From an uncultured delta proteobacterium (lineage in GTDB: Bacteria > Desulfobacterota > Binatia > UBA9968), in contig CAVYTU010000014.1 of assembly GCA_963771465.1 (NCBI GenBank), positions 896,001 through 960,000 of the forward strand: a DNA stretch of 64,000 nt, given 5' to 3'. Below are positions 9,697-19,142 of this stretch, piece after piece. The notes beneath the pieces are model-generated. The model saw only the letters and a list, made by a program, of their open reading frames with translations, made no database searches and was not told where the DNA came from. Within the stretch, counting starts at the first letter, position 1, and each line of letters opens with the position of its first letter. The translations under genes were made by a program, and so were the position numbers.

Positions 9697-11058
9697 ATGC
9701 CGAACGTAGATAGCGATATCATCATCATCGGCGCCGGCGGATGCGGTCTGATGGCGGCGCTGGTGGCGGCCAAGAAGGGCGCGCAGGTGCTGTTGCTCGA
9801 GAAAACGGATAAGCCTGGCGGAGGGACGGCTTTTTCTTCCAAGGGCATTCGCGCCGCGGCAAGCCGGCGACAGCGCGAGTTGAAAATCGACGATAGCGCC
9901 GCTCTCTATGCGCAGGATATTTTGCGGCGGAACAACGGCGAGAGCGACGCTGTCCTAACCCGGCGACTGGCGGAAAACTCGGGGCGAGTGGCTGATTTTC
10001 TCACCGATGAAGCCGGCATCGAATTTCAAATCGGCGAGTTTGTCTTCGGCCACGGCGCCCAGCGATCACACTCGTGGAAGGAGGATAAGACCGTCACCGA
10101 TTTTCTGTTCGCGGCGGTGCAGCGCGAAAAGAAAATTCAATTGCGCTTGTCCACACCGGTGCTCGCGCTCGAGCAAGACGACGGCGGCGCGGTGGTGGGA
10201 GTAAAAACAGCCAACGGCATTGTCACGGCGCGAAAGATTATTTTGGCGTCCGGGGGATACGGAGCGAGCGCTGAGTTGCTCTCCGAGTACATTCCCAAAG
10301 CGGTCGGCATTCCATTTCCCGGCCATCATGGCAGCACCGGCGACGGCATCAAGATGGGCTTGGTGATTGGCGCGGCGATAGAGAACATGGGCGCGTTCCA
10401 GCCGTACCCGGCCTACATCGGTCCGGGAAAGCGCGCGGTGGCGCCGGAGGTGGCGCTATCGGGCGGAATCATGGTCGACGCCGCCGGAAGGCGTTTTGTC
10501 GATGAGACTCGATATCCCGGCGGCCTCGGCACTAAAATGCTCGATCTTCCCGGCAAACACGCCTACGAGATTTTCGATGAGCGGATTTTTAAGCTGCATC
10601 GAAACGCGCCGGGGCTGAGAAGTTTATCCGGCCTCCTCGACGCGGGGCTGTTGCTGAAAGGCGAAACGCCGGATGAGCTGGCGGGCAAACTGGCAATCGC
10701 CGCCGAGGGGCTGAAGCAAACCATCCGCGACTGCAACCAGCGTGCGGCGAGCGGCGACCAAGACGCTTTCGGGCGCGTGCTGCCGCAGCCGTTCGAGGGG
10801 CCCTACTACGGAATCAAAGTGACCGTGGCGCTGTACCACACGCAAGGCGGCTTGAAAGTGAACGCGGACGGCCAGGTTCTGCGCGCCAATGGCTCGATCA
10901 TCCCCAACCTTTATGCCGGCGGCGGCGTGGCTGTCGGTGTCTCCGGCAAGGGACTGGAAGGCTATTTGCCGGGCAACGGGTTATTGGCCTCGCTTGGTCT
11001 CGGCATGATAGCGGCGGAGCATGCGGTCGCGTCGTTAAGTAGCCTGTCACTAAAATAG
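9697..11058 (+). CDS. FAD-dependent oxidoreductase (FAD_binding_2; TcuA/KstD/flavocytochrome-c superfamily)
   Basis: IIGAGGCG, GGGTAFS, LASGGY, TGDGI, GRRFVDE, HTQGGL, IPNLYAGG. Confidence 0.9.
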   Translation: MPNVDSDIIIIGAGGCGLMAALVAAKKGAQVLLLEKTDKPGGGTAFSSKGIRAAASRRQRELKIDDSAALYAQDILRRNNGESDAVLTRRLAENSGRVADFLTDEAGIEFQIGEFVFGHGAQRSHSWKEDKTVTDFLFAAVQREKKIQLRLSTPVLALEQDDGGAVVGVKTANGIVTARKIILASGGYGASAELLSEYIPKAVGIPFPGHHGSTGDGIKMGLVIGAAIENMGAFQPYPAYIGPGKRAVAPEVALSGGIMVDAAGRRFVDETRYPGGLGTKMLDLPGKHAYEIFDERIFKLHRNAPGLRSLSGLLDAGLLLKGETPDELAGKLAIAAEGLKQTIRDCNQRAASGDQDAFGRVLPQPFEGPYYGIKVTVALYHTQGGLKVNADGQVLRANGSIIPNLYAGGGVAVGVSGKGLEGYLPGNGLLASLGLGMIAAEHAVASLSSLSLK

Positions 11059-11062
11059 TCCC

Positions 11063-12070
11063 ATGCCGATTCAGATTGATCATAAAAGAACAGAAAATCT
11101 CGCACCTCAATTCGATGAAGCGCTCGAGCTCGTGCGCAACGAATTTGCCGGGCTCGACCCACACCGCCAGTACCGCAACGCCTTCGCCCGGCTGCTGAAG
11201 CCGGATCCGCTTGGGCGGGTGCTGATGATGGGCACCGACCAGCGCGACATGTTTGTGCCGGAGCTCCGCCGCGCCATAGAAACGTCGGTGCCGAGTGACG
11301 GTCACATCTTCGACTTCGGAGCGGGCGACGGTCAAACCTTCGCCCTGGTCGCCGATTCAGTGCCGCAGGGCACCCGCGTCTCGATCGAGGAGCCCAATCC
11401 CGAATACCTCGCAAACTACCGTGCTTTTCTAGAAACAACGGCGCATTTGCGGCCCGGTATGGCGCTGGCTGCAGAATTTGATGAGATCGACGCAGCGGCC
11501 GAGCGCTCGGGGGAAAAGCTACCGTCAGATGGCAGCATCGACCTCGGCCTCGCGTTGCACATGATCTATTTCGTCAACGACCTTCCCGCCAGCGTCACAA
11601 GGATGGTGCGCTTCTTGAAGCCCGGCGGTGTGCTGTTCGTCGTCGTGACCGACGAAACCGTCGGCTATACCGGCCTCGCGCTCAAAAGTTTTATCGAACA
11701 CGGCGGCGACACCGGCGACAACGCGCGCCATCTCTCAGTCATCGCCGAGCGCCGCCGCCTGCTTGGACTACCCACAGAGGGCGGCGGCGCGATTGCCGAA
11801 GTGCTCGGTGCCGCGGGAACGCCGGTGGAAATCACCGTGCGGCGCCAGCCGAGCCGACTCTACGGACACAATCTCGCCGACCTGATCGCGCTCTCCTCGA
11901 TTGCACTCCTCGCCAGCGTCGAAGGCCTCGAAAAGTTCGAGGCCGCCGCCGCGCTGCTGCGTCACAACCCCGAAACTCTGGACCTGCGCATCGAAGACGA
12001 CGGCCCCCGTAAAGGCATGTGGAGCGTCACCCAACCGCAATGGGTCGCCGCCTTCCGCCGAACGCGCTAG
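11063..12070 (+). CDS. Class I SAM-dependent methyltransferase
   Basis: FDFGAGDG motif I, IEEPN, HMIYFVND, LKPGG; starts 4 bp after the oxidoreductase. Confidence 0.85.
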   Translation: MPIQIDHKRTENLAPQFDEALELVRNEFAGLDPHRQYRNAFARLLKPDPLGRVLMMGTDQRDMFVPELRRAIETSVPSDGHIFDFGAGDGQTFALVADSVPQGTRVSIEEPNPEYLANYRAFLETTAHLRPGMALAAEFDEIDAAAERSGEKLPSDGSIDLGLALHMIYFVNDLPASVTRMVRFLKPGGVLFVVVTDETVGYTGLALKSFIEHGGDTGDNARHLSVIAERRRLLGLPTEGGGAIAEVLGAAGTPVEITVRRQPSRLYGHNLADLIALSSIALLASVEGLEKFEAAAALLRHNPETLDLRIEDDGPRKGMWSVTQPQWVAAFRRTR

Positions 12071-12246
12071 CACCTATCTCCACACTGGGCCATGAGAATA
12101 ACGCGTAATCAGTCGACAAGTCATGGAGTCATACCTCTGTTCACTGCGCGTGGCGCGATAGAACGTCATCGTGAGTTTTGCTAAACGGAGTTGCGGTAGC
12201 ACCACCAACGGCAAAGACCAACCTGACAAATTTAAGGAGATTTCCC

Positions 12247-12738
12247 ATGAGACAAAAAAAATCGATCACAAGCATTTTAATCCTTTTCGGAATTCTCTAT
12301 GCGTTATCGTTTCCAGGGATTTCTGCCGAGTCGCCACAATCTGAGGATGCCAAACTTGTGGTGGCTCTCGTCAACAGCGCAGCAGCTTTAATAGAAAGTA
12401 AAGGAAAGAATGCCTTTGCTGAATTTCGCAAGAAAGACAGCAAATGGTTCACCGCGAAAACTTATGTCTTCGTTGATGACATCAACGGAATTGTCCTCGT
12501 CAATCCCCCCTCGCCCGAAATCGAGGGAAAAAATTTAATCGATTGGAAGGATGCTAAAGGGAAAGCGCTCTTACGGGAGTTTATAACGGTCGCCAAAAAT
12601 AAAGGATCGGGTTGGGTGGATTATTGGTGGCCAAAACCCGGGGAAGAGAAACCGTCCAAGAAGATGAGCTATGTCAAGCGAGTGAAAATGCCTACCGGAG
12701 AACTCATCATTGTAGGTGCTGGGATATATGGTGAGTAA
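12247..12738 (+). CDS. Stand-alone secreted single Cache domain protein
   Basis: Signal peptide, YVFV.D..G, GKNL...KDAKGK, GWVDYWW.KPG, KMSYV, VGAGIY; AAGGAG RBS. Confidence 0.88.
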   Translation: MRQKKSITSILILFGILYALSFPGISAESPQSEDAKLVVALVNSAAALIESKGKNAFAEFRKKDSKWFTAKTYVFVDDINGIVLVNPPSPEIEGKNLIDWKDAKGKALLREFITVAKNKGSGWVDYWWPKPGEEKPSKKMSYVKRVKMPTGELIIVGAGIYGE

Positions 12739-12754
12739 CTCGATTCGATACAAC

Positions 12755-12865
12755 TGAAAGAGCACCACAGAGGAAGGCGATTGGATCGGAACGCTTTTCA
12801 AAATGTCGGTGGAATTCTGGACGAACCTGCAAACGACCTACGACTGGCATAACGTGGTCGGTTAG
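12755..12865 (+). pseudogene. Possible HigA-type antitoxin C-terminal remnant
   Basis: Translates IGTLFKMSVEFWTNLQTTYD, resembling the HigA motif FxxSxEFWxNLQxxYD; no start codon. Confidence 0.45.
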
Positions 12866-14130
12866 AGAATTTCGTTGAGCATGTAGAAAGCGTTGTCTTT
12901 CAGTTTGTGCCACAGGCCGCGCTTGCGCCACGCCTCGAGCTCGATTTCTTTGCACTGCGGTGCGTACTTCTCGAAGACGGCATCGAGCCTCTGTGCCGTT
13001 GCTGCGTCCCGGATCGCAAGCGTGATTTCGTCGTTGGTCTCGAAAGATCGGTCGTCGAAGTTGCTTGAACCGATCGCACTCCACACACCGTCAATGGTCA
13101 TCACTTTCTGGTGCAGCAGCGTGTGCGGATACTCGAACAGGCGCACGCCGCAGCGCAGGAGCTTTTCGAAGTTGCGGTGCCCGGCATGTTGCACCATCGG
13201 GTTATCGGACCCACCGGTCGAAGGCATGATCACGCGCACATCGACGCCGCGGGAAACGGCTTCGCCGAACGCGTCGATGGCTTCCGGCTCGGGAATGAAA
13301 TAGGGATTCTGAATCCAGATTCGCTTGCGGGCGAGGCAGATGGCCGTGTGGTGAAGAATCTTCACGGCAGGCGCCGAGCCCTCCGGTTTTGCGAACGCCG
13401 CGTGGATCAACACGTCACCTTGAGGTTCCAGGGGCGGAAACACATCGTCGCCGAGGAACAACTCCCCCGTTTCCCCAGCCCAGTTCTCACTGAACGCGGA
13501 CTGCACGCTGTGTACGATGGGGCCGCGCAACCTAACGCTGATGTCGGCGAAGTGTTCCTTGTCTTGGGCGTCACCCAGCCAACTGTCGACGATGCAATGG
13601 CCACCCACGAATGCTTCGCTCCCGTCGATGACGACGAGCTTGCGATGATCGCGGTCGTTCAGCACGCCGATGTTTAGGAGAGTCCATTCGTGGAAAAGAA
13701 CGACCCGGCATCCGGCTTCTTCCATCTGTCGCTTAGCTGCCTCGCCGACTTCTTTCGAGCCCGTTGCGTCAAGCATGACACGCACCTGCTTGCCGGCGCG
13801 AGCCGCCTCCGACAACGCGTCCGCCACGCGCTGACCAAGCACGCCTTCCTTCCAAAGAAAGGTTTCGAAATGCACTGACTTTTGAGCCGAGCGAATTCGC
13901 TGCAACAGCACGTCATAAAAAGCGCCGTTCTCCAACACTTCGACGGAATTGCCAGCGACGGCTGTGCCGAGCGTCAGGCCAGCTAAGGAAGGAATCAACT
14001 CATCGATCGGCGAACTACATTCGATATGCAGTCTGGGATCACGGTGACGTCTAATCGACCAAATCACAATCGATAGCAGCAAAACCACGAAAACAAACGC
14101 CGCCGCTAAAATATTGGCCACCTGATTCAT
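12862..14130 (-). CDS. Cardiolipin synthase / phospholipase D family protein
   Basis: Two HKD motifs (HRKLVVID, HQKVMTID), NPYFIP, GSSNFD.RS, N-terminal TM helix. Confidence 0.92.
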   Translation of the reverse strand: MNQVANILAAAFVFVVLLLSIVIWSIRRHRDPRLHIECSSPIDELIPSLAGLTLGTAVAGNSVEVLENGAFYDVLLQRIRSAQKSVHFETFLWKEGVLGQRVADALSEAARAGKQVRVMLDATGSKEVGEAAKRQMEEAGCRVVLFHEWTLLNIGVLNDRDHRKLVVIDGSEAFVGGHCIVDSWLGDAQDKEHFADISVRLRGPIVHSVQSAFSENWAGETGELFLGDDVFPPLEPQGDVLIHAAFAKPEGSAPAVKILHHTAICLARKRIWIQNPYFIPEPEAIDAFGEAVSRGVDVRVIMPSTGGSDNPMVQHAGHRNFEKLLRCGVRLFEYPHTLLHQKVMTIDGVWSAIGSSNFDDRSFETNDEITLAIRDAATAQRLDAVFEKYAPQCKEIELEAWRKRGLWHKLKDNAFYMLNEIL

Positions 14131-14344
14131 CGTTTCGGTACTCTATGAGGTCGAATGCAACGGAGCAAGTCATCGACGCCAAAAGCAAGCTCGATACAAC
14201 AATTTAGTCAGGAAGAAGCATATGATTTTGATTCAATAGCTCCGTTCGTCAAGTCTTCATGATCTCTGCCGGGTCTGGTAAAGATAACCTCGCGCCTGCC
14301 TCGCCTACGCACGGCGTAAATCCAACGAAAAAAAGGAACCATCA

Positions 14345-15994
14345 ATGCGAACATTAATAATTTTTTTCGTTCTCGCGCTGACCTTCTACGGCCATTGGGC
14401 GGCGGCGCAGCACCCGCATGGCGGTGCGACGACCCAGCCGGTGGAGCTTCATCCCGGGCTCGGCAATTATCAGCATCCGATCACGACCAAGAACGCCGAC
14501 GCGCAAACTCATTTCAATCAGGGGCTGATCCTCCTTTATGGCTTCAACCACGACGAAGCCGCCCGCCATTTTCGCCGTGCCACGGAGCTCGATCCTGAAG
14601 CGGCAATGGCGTACTGGGGCCTCGCACTGGCAATCGGGCCCAACTACAACGATACCGCAGTGGATGAAAACCGGGCGAAGAACACCTATGACGCCGTGCG
14701 CAAAGCGCTGCAGAACGCGCCGAAGACGAGCGACCGCGAGCAGCACTATATTCAGGCTCTGGCGAAACGTTACCCGACGTCGAACGCGAAGTCAGACTGG
14801 AAGCGGTTTCACCTCGACTACAGCAAAGCCATGCGAAGTTTGGTACGAAAGTTCCCCGATGACCTCGACGCGGCTACGATGTTCGCCGAGAGTTTGATGA
14901 TGCTGCGGCCCTGGCAGCTCTGGACACGCGACGGCAAGCCTGCGCCGGGCACGCTCGAGCTGGTCGCGGTGCTCGAGTCCGTTCTTAAGCGCAACCCCGA
15001 TCACCCGGGCGCAAACCATTTTTATATTCATGCGGTGGAAGCTTCGCATAATCTCGAGCGCGCCGTCCCGAGCGCCATGCGCCTGATGACGCTCGTCCCC
15101 GGCACGGGCCATCTCGTTCACATGCCGGGACATATCTTTCTCCAAACTGGCGACTACGAGCTGGCCGCGAAAACCAACGTGAACGCCGCCGCGGCAGATA
15201 AGGCGTTTGTGCAGCGCACCGGGGCGACCGGTGTTTACCCGCTGATGTACTGGACGCACAACATTCATTTCATCGCGTATGCGCGCGCCCAGCAGGGGCG
15301 CTACGACGAGGCGCGAGAGGCGGCGCAGGAAATGACGCAAAACGTCGGCGACGCGGATTTGAAGATGCAGATGCTGGAAGGATTCCATTTGTATCCGCTA
15401 ATGGTCGATCTGCGCTTTCATCGTTGGGACGATATTCTCCGCGCTCCGGAGCCCGGCGCCGAGCGCAAGTTACAGCGCGCCTTCAGAGCCTACGCGCGCG
15501 CGATGGCACTGGCCGTACAGGGCAAGGTCAGCGAGGCGACCGCGGAGCGACAACAATTCGAGTCTCTCCGCAAAGCGGTACCGGCTGATTCGCAGTTCCT
15601 GATCAACAATAAATCCTCGAATGTCTTGGCGTTGGCGGCAGCGACGCTCAACGCGCAGCTCGCGGCCGCGCGCCGCGAAGCTCCCAAAGCGATTCAGGAA
15701 TGGCGTCGCGCGGTGGAGCTCGAAGCAAAGATCCAGTATGACGAGCCGCCGGCATGGTTTTATCCCGTGCGGCAATCCCTGGCCGCGGCGCTGCTGCGCA
15801 GCGGAAGACCTAAAGAAGCGGAAGCCGTTTTTAGAGAGGCGATTGCCAAGCAGCCGCGCGACGGCCGGCTGCTCTTCGGCGTGTGGCAGAGCTTGATCGC
15901 CCAGAAACGCGAGAGTGACGCGGCGCTTGTCGAACAACAATTTAACGCCGCATGGAAAGACGCCACGATTAAACTAACCATCGACGACCTGTAA
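14345..15994 (+). CDS. Secreted TPR-repeat protein with conserved His motifs
   Basis: Signal peptide, YGFNHDEA, HPGANHFYIHAVE, HLVHMPGHIF. Confidence 0.85.
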   Translation: MRTLIIFFVLALTFYGHWAAAQHPHGGATTQPVELHPGLGNYQHPITTKNADAQTHFNQGLILLYGFNHDEAARHFRRATELDPEAAMAYWGLALAIGPNYNDTAVDENRAKNTYDAVRKALQNAPKTSDREQHYIQALAKRYPTSNAKSDWKRFHLDYSKAMRSLVRKFPDDLDAATMFAESLMMLRPWQLWTRDGKPAPGTLELVAVLESVLKRNPDHPGANHFYIHAVEASHNLERAVPSAMRLMTLVPGTGHLVHMPGHIFLQTGDYELAAKTNVNAAAADKAFVQRTGATGVYPLMYWTHNIHFIAYARAQQGRYDEAREAAQEMTQNVGDADLKMQMLEGFHLYPLMVDLRFHRWDDILRAPEPGAERKLQRAFRAYARAMALAVQGKVSEATAERQQFESLRKAVPADSQFLINNKSSNVLALAAATLNAQLAAARREAPKAIQEWRRAVELEAKIQYDEPPAWFYPVRQSLAAALLRSGRPKEAEAVFREAIAKQPRDGRLLFGVWQSLIAQKRESDAALVEQQFNAAWKDATIKLTIDDL

Positions 15995-16154
15995 ATGCCG
16001 AACCTACCATCTGCTCGCGGACGGTACCTGGGTGCCGATGGCGACGGTGCAGTTTGCCGCAATGACCGCAGCACTGCTCGCCAGTTGGATGGCGATGCGG
16101 GCCGAGGGCTAGTGCTTTAAGTGACCGCCAATACCTGTTGGCTAATAGGTGAGT

Positions 16155-16206
16155 TTCAACGATTTGAACGGAGCGCAGCGATTGAACGGCTGGAACGGTT
16201 GGAACG
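16155..16206 (+). repeat. 9-mer-period (T)GGAAC/TGAAC tandem array
   Basis: TTGAACGGAGCGCAGCGATTGAACGGCTGGAACGGTTGGAAC, one mismatch to 31711-31752. Confidence 0.8.
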
Positions 16207-16211
16207 TTTAG

Positions 16212-17120
16212 TTATTTGTCGGCGGTCGACGAAGCTGTACGGTGATAGGAGAGATCGACGTATTTCTCCATGGGCGGAATAGGAAGCGCCAGATAACCGA
16301 GCTCGGCTCGCACCTTGAGAGCGGCCGTGACGCCGGACACATTCACGGTGGCGTTTGCGTAGAGACCGTGCTGCAGATGGAGGAGAGCGTCCAAAGTATC
16401 TTCGGCGGCGGTTCCGTCGATCTCGTTATGTCGAGCGAGCATGTCGAGGCATGCGCGGCGATTCGATCTCTCAAAGCACCACTGCGTCGCTTCTCGGTAC
16501 GCGCGAATGTACCGGACCAGTCGGTCCGGATGCTGCTCCGCCCATCGCCGGGATGCCGCACCGCACGTGCCTTGGTAAGACGGGATCATCTCGAAGTCTC
16601 TGGCAAGCCGATGACATCCGGCCCGCAGAGCATTCACGACGAAAGGTTCAGTTAACAGAGTCGCAGAGATTCTCCCTTCCATTAATGCGTGGTAGCGGCT
16701 TTCCCATCCGCCGATTTCGATGAGCTGATAATTGCTCAAATTTCTGGCGTGGAGCATGCTTTCCAGCACTAAGGCAAAGCCGCTGGTCCTGGCATCAACA
16801 CCGATGGATCTGCCGAACAGCGTGTCGACGGATGCGCAATCCGGAGCGCCAACCAGAGTAAAGAGCCCGCTATGCAGCCCCATAAAAATGAAGAGGTCGG
16901 CGCTGTCATCGTTTTCAACAGCGGCGATGATATCGTCCGCGCCGGTATGGCCGATATCATATTGACCTTCTTTGAGAGCTTGGCTGATGTACAAGGAGCC
17001 TGGTGTGTAAGCTGTCTCGAGAGCGAGCCCGTAGCGGGTAAAAATCCCGGTCTCGATCCCCGCATGAACGGGCAAGTTGTAAGCGGCGCGAAACTGAATC
17101 AGCTTGAGTGTTGCGGTCAT
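16212..17120 (-). CDS. ABC substrate-binding protein, NMT1/THI5/SsuA-like
   Basis: GIFTRYGL, IGVDARTSGFA, EGRISATLL..P, WAEQHPD...RYIRA; start codon uncertain. Confidence 0.8.
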   Translation of the reverse strand: MTATLKLIQFRAAYNLPVHAGIETGIFTRYGLALETAYTPGSLYISQALKEGQYDIGHTGADDIIAAVENDDSADLFIFMGLHSGLFTLVGAPDCASVDTLFGRSIGVDARTSGFALVLESMLHARNLSNYQLIEIGGWESRYHALMEGRISATLLTEPFVVNALRAGCHRLARDFEMIPSYQGTCGAASRRWAEQHPDRLVRYIRAYREATQWCFERSNRRACLDMLARHNEIDGTAAEDTLDALLHLQHGLYANATVNVSGVTAALKVRAELGYLALPIPPMEKYVDLSYHRTASSTADK

Positions 17121-17345
17121 GGGATTGCGTCTCGCCATGCTCTTATCACTCCGCGCGAGAGAGTGACAATCGCTTCCCCTTGAGTTGTCCATTGAGGGAA
17201 TTCCGGCGAACTCTAAACGGACCCTCACGGAACGTTCGCCCGCAGCAAGCCGGCCGGTGGTTTCACTTGAATCTGCATGAGAGCACTTAAGTTGACAGTT
17301 GTCCTACTTTCGACTACTGCGTAGTCAAAAATTGGAGGTGAGCTT

Positions 17346-17735
17346 ATGCCAGTGAAGGTTATGCGCATAGAGGACGCGCCGGTGCGAGTCATGCGGTGGA
17401 ATCGCGGCAAGGCGCTCCGGCTGGTGGATGAAGCCGACGGCGCCAAGAACGTCGATGTGCACATCAACCTGATTAACGTCGATTCGGGGCCGGGTCCTAC
17501 CCACTACCATGCCAAAGCCGAGAATATTTACGTCGTGTTGGAGGGGAACGTGGAGGCCATCGTCGAGGGAAAGAAAATTCGCCTGGGCCCGGGCGAAGTT
17601 GCGTTTATTCCGCCCGGTGTACGGCATCAAGCCGGCAACTGCGGCGACAAGGTCGCGCGCGTCCTCGAAATTTACGCTCCCGCAGGCGAGGATTTTCACA
17701 TCGTTGACGATTCGGAGAATAAGCCGCAAACCTAG
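17346..17735 (+). CDS. Cupin domain protein
   Basis: HYH...ENIYVVLEG and IPPGVRH cupin motifs; GGAGG RBS. Confidence 0.9.
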   Translation: MPVKVMRIEDAPVRVMRWNRGKALRLVDEADGAKNVDVHINLINVDSGPGPTHYHAKAENIYVVLEGNVEAIVEGKKIRLGPGEVAFIPPGVRHQAGNCGDKVARVLEIYAPAGEDFHIVDDSENKPQT

Positions 17736-17840
17736 GACAGAGAAAATTTCGCCGCCAAGAACTCGCAGTAAAGCGATCGCCGCCAACAAATTGGACGAGT
17801 TTTGGTGCACGGCTAGAAACGGTTGGAACGAATTCGAAGG

Positions 17841-18815
17841 ATGAGACCCAAGGCGAAAATGCAGTTCGGCGTTTTGTTGCCTCACTTCGGCAAGGAGACC
17901 TCGCCTTCCCGGATCATCGATGGCGCCAGGATGTGTGAGGAGCTGGGATTTCATTCCGTGTGGGTGCGAGATCATTTGATTTGGCATCCGCATGGCATGG
18001 AAAGATCGGGGCTCAAATTCGTCGAACCCATCGTTACGCTTTCGGCGGTTGCTGCGGTGACCAAAAAAATCATTTTGGGCATCGCGGTGCTTGTCCCGGT
18101 GCGGTGGCCGCTCAAAGTCAGCCAGGAGCTTGCGAGTCTTTCCTATATCGCCGGCGGCCGGGTGATCGCCGGCATGGGTTTGGGGTTTAATCCGGCGGAA
18201 CTTGCGACAGTCGGCTTGCGGATCGAGGATCGCGTCGAAATCCTGCGGGAAAGCGTCGAGATCGCGCGGCTGATCTGGAAGGAGAATAACGCGTCGTATC
18301 ACGGCAAGATATTCTCGTTCGAAGACGTGACCATAGAGCCCAAGCCCGTCGAACCGATACCGATCTTTGGCGGCGGCAGTACTCGGGCCGCGATCAGACG
18401 AGTCGCGGCTTACTGCGACGGCTGGATTCCCGGTCGGGTTCCCATGGCGACTTTCGATGACAGGATAAAATATTTGCGGCAACTGACCGACCGCAAGATT
18501 ACTTTGGGCAATATTCCGATCACGCGCATCGATAAGGACCGAAAGAAGGCTCGGGCGAGTATCAACGTCGAGGCGCTCGCGGAGAGCTCGGAAGGAAGCA
18601 GCCGCTGGATTAAGCCGCCCTCCGGAAAGTTTCAGACCATCGAGGATCTCGAAGGCCTGTTAATCGTAGGGAATCCCGATGACTGCGCTGCGGAGATCGA
18701 AAAGTTCCGCGCACGAGAGGTCGAACACCTGGTGTTCGATTTGAGACTTCAATACGACCGCTACGAAGAAAGCTTGGAACTGATCGCCAAGGAACTGCTT
18801 GCGAGATTCCAGTAA
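17841..18815 (+). CDS. LLM-class flavin/F420-dependent oxidoreductase
   Basis: FGVLLP, GFHSVWVRDH, GGRVIAGMGLG, PKPV..IPIFGGG, CDGWIP. Confidence 0.9.
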   Translation: MRPKAKMQFGVLLPHFGKETSPSRIIDGARMCEELGFHSVWVRDHLIWHPHGMERSGLKFVEPIVTLSAVAAVTKKIILGIAVLVPVRWPLKVSQELASLSYIAGGRVIAGMGLGFNPAELATVGLRIEDRVEILRESVEIARLIWKENNASYHGKIFSFEDVTIEPKPVEPIPIFGGGSTRAAIRRVAAYCDGWIPGRVPMATFDDRIKYLRQLTDRKITLGNIPITRIDKDRKKARASINVEALAESSEGSSRWIKPPSGKFQTIEDLEGLLIVGNPDDCAAEIEKFRAREVEHLVFDLRLQYDRYEESLELIAKELLARFQ

Positions 18816-18867
18816 AAACTGACGCTTGGGTGGTGACGCAATTGACAATCACTCAAGCGTCACTTTT
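18815..18867 (+). terminator. Long hairpin / putative intrinsic terminator
   Basis: AAAACTGACGCTTGGGTG ... CACTCAAGCGTCACTTTT, immediately after the LLM stop codon. Confidence 0.55.
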
Positions 18868-19049
18868 GCGCAAATCATTTGCGTGCCGATGAAAACCAGT
18901 CACTGGTGACGCTCGCCCGAGAAACTTACAAGACCTCGGTAGACGCCCCATAGCGAAGAATTCAGAGACCCACACGATGTGCTACAACACTAGAACTGAT
19001 CTCATGTGTTAAAGAATTTTAGTGAATTTTGGCGGTTGTTCCGACCCAG

Positions 19050-19125
19050 GAACGAACCAGGGGCATTCGAACCCACCGGAACTATTGAAACGACTGGAAC
19101 CATTGGAACAGGTTCCTGAACGGGT
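19050..19125 (+). repeat. 9-mer-period GGAAC tandem array
   Basis: ACCGGAACT-ATTGAAACG-ACTGGAACC-ATTGGAACA. Confidence 0.7.
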
Positions 19126-19142
19126 TGGCCGAGGAGGAAACC

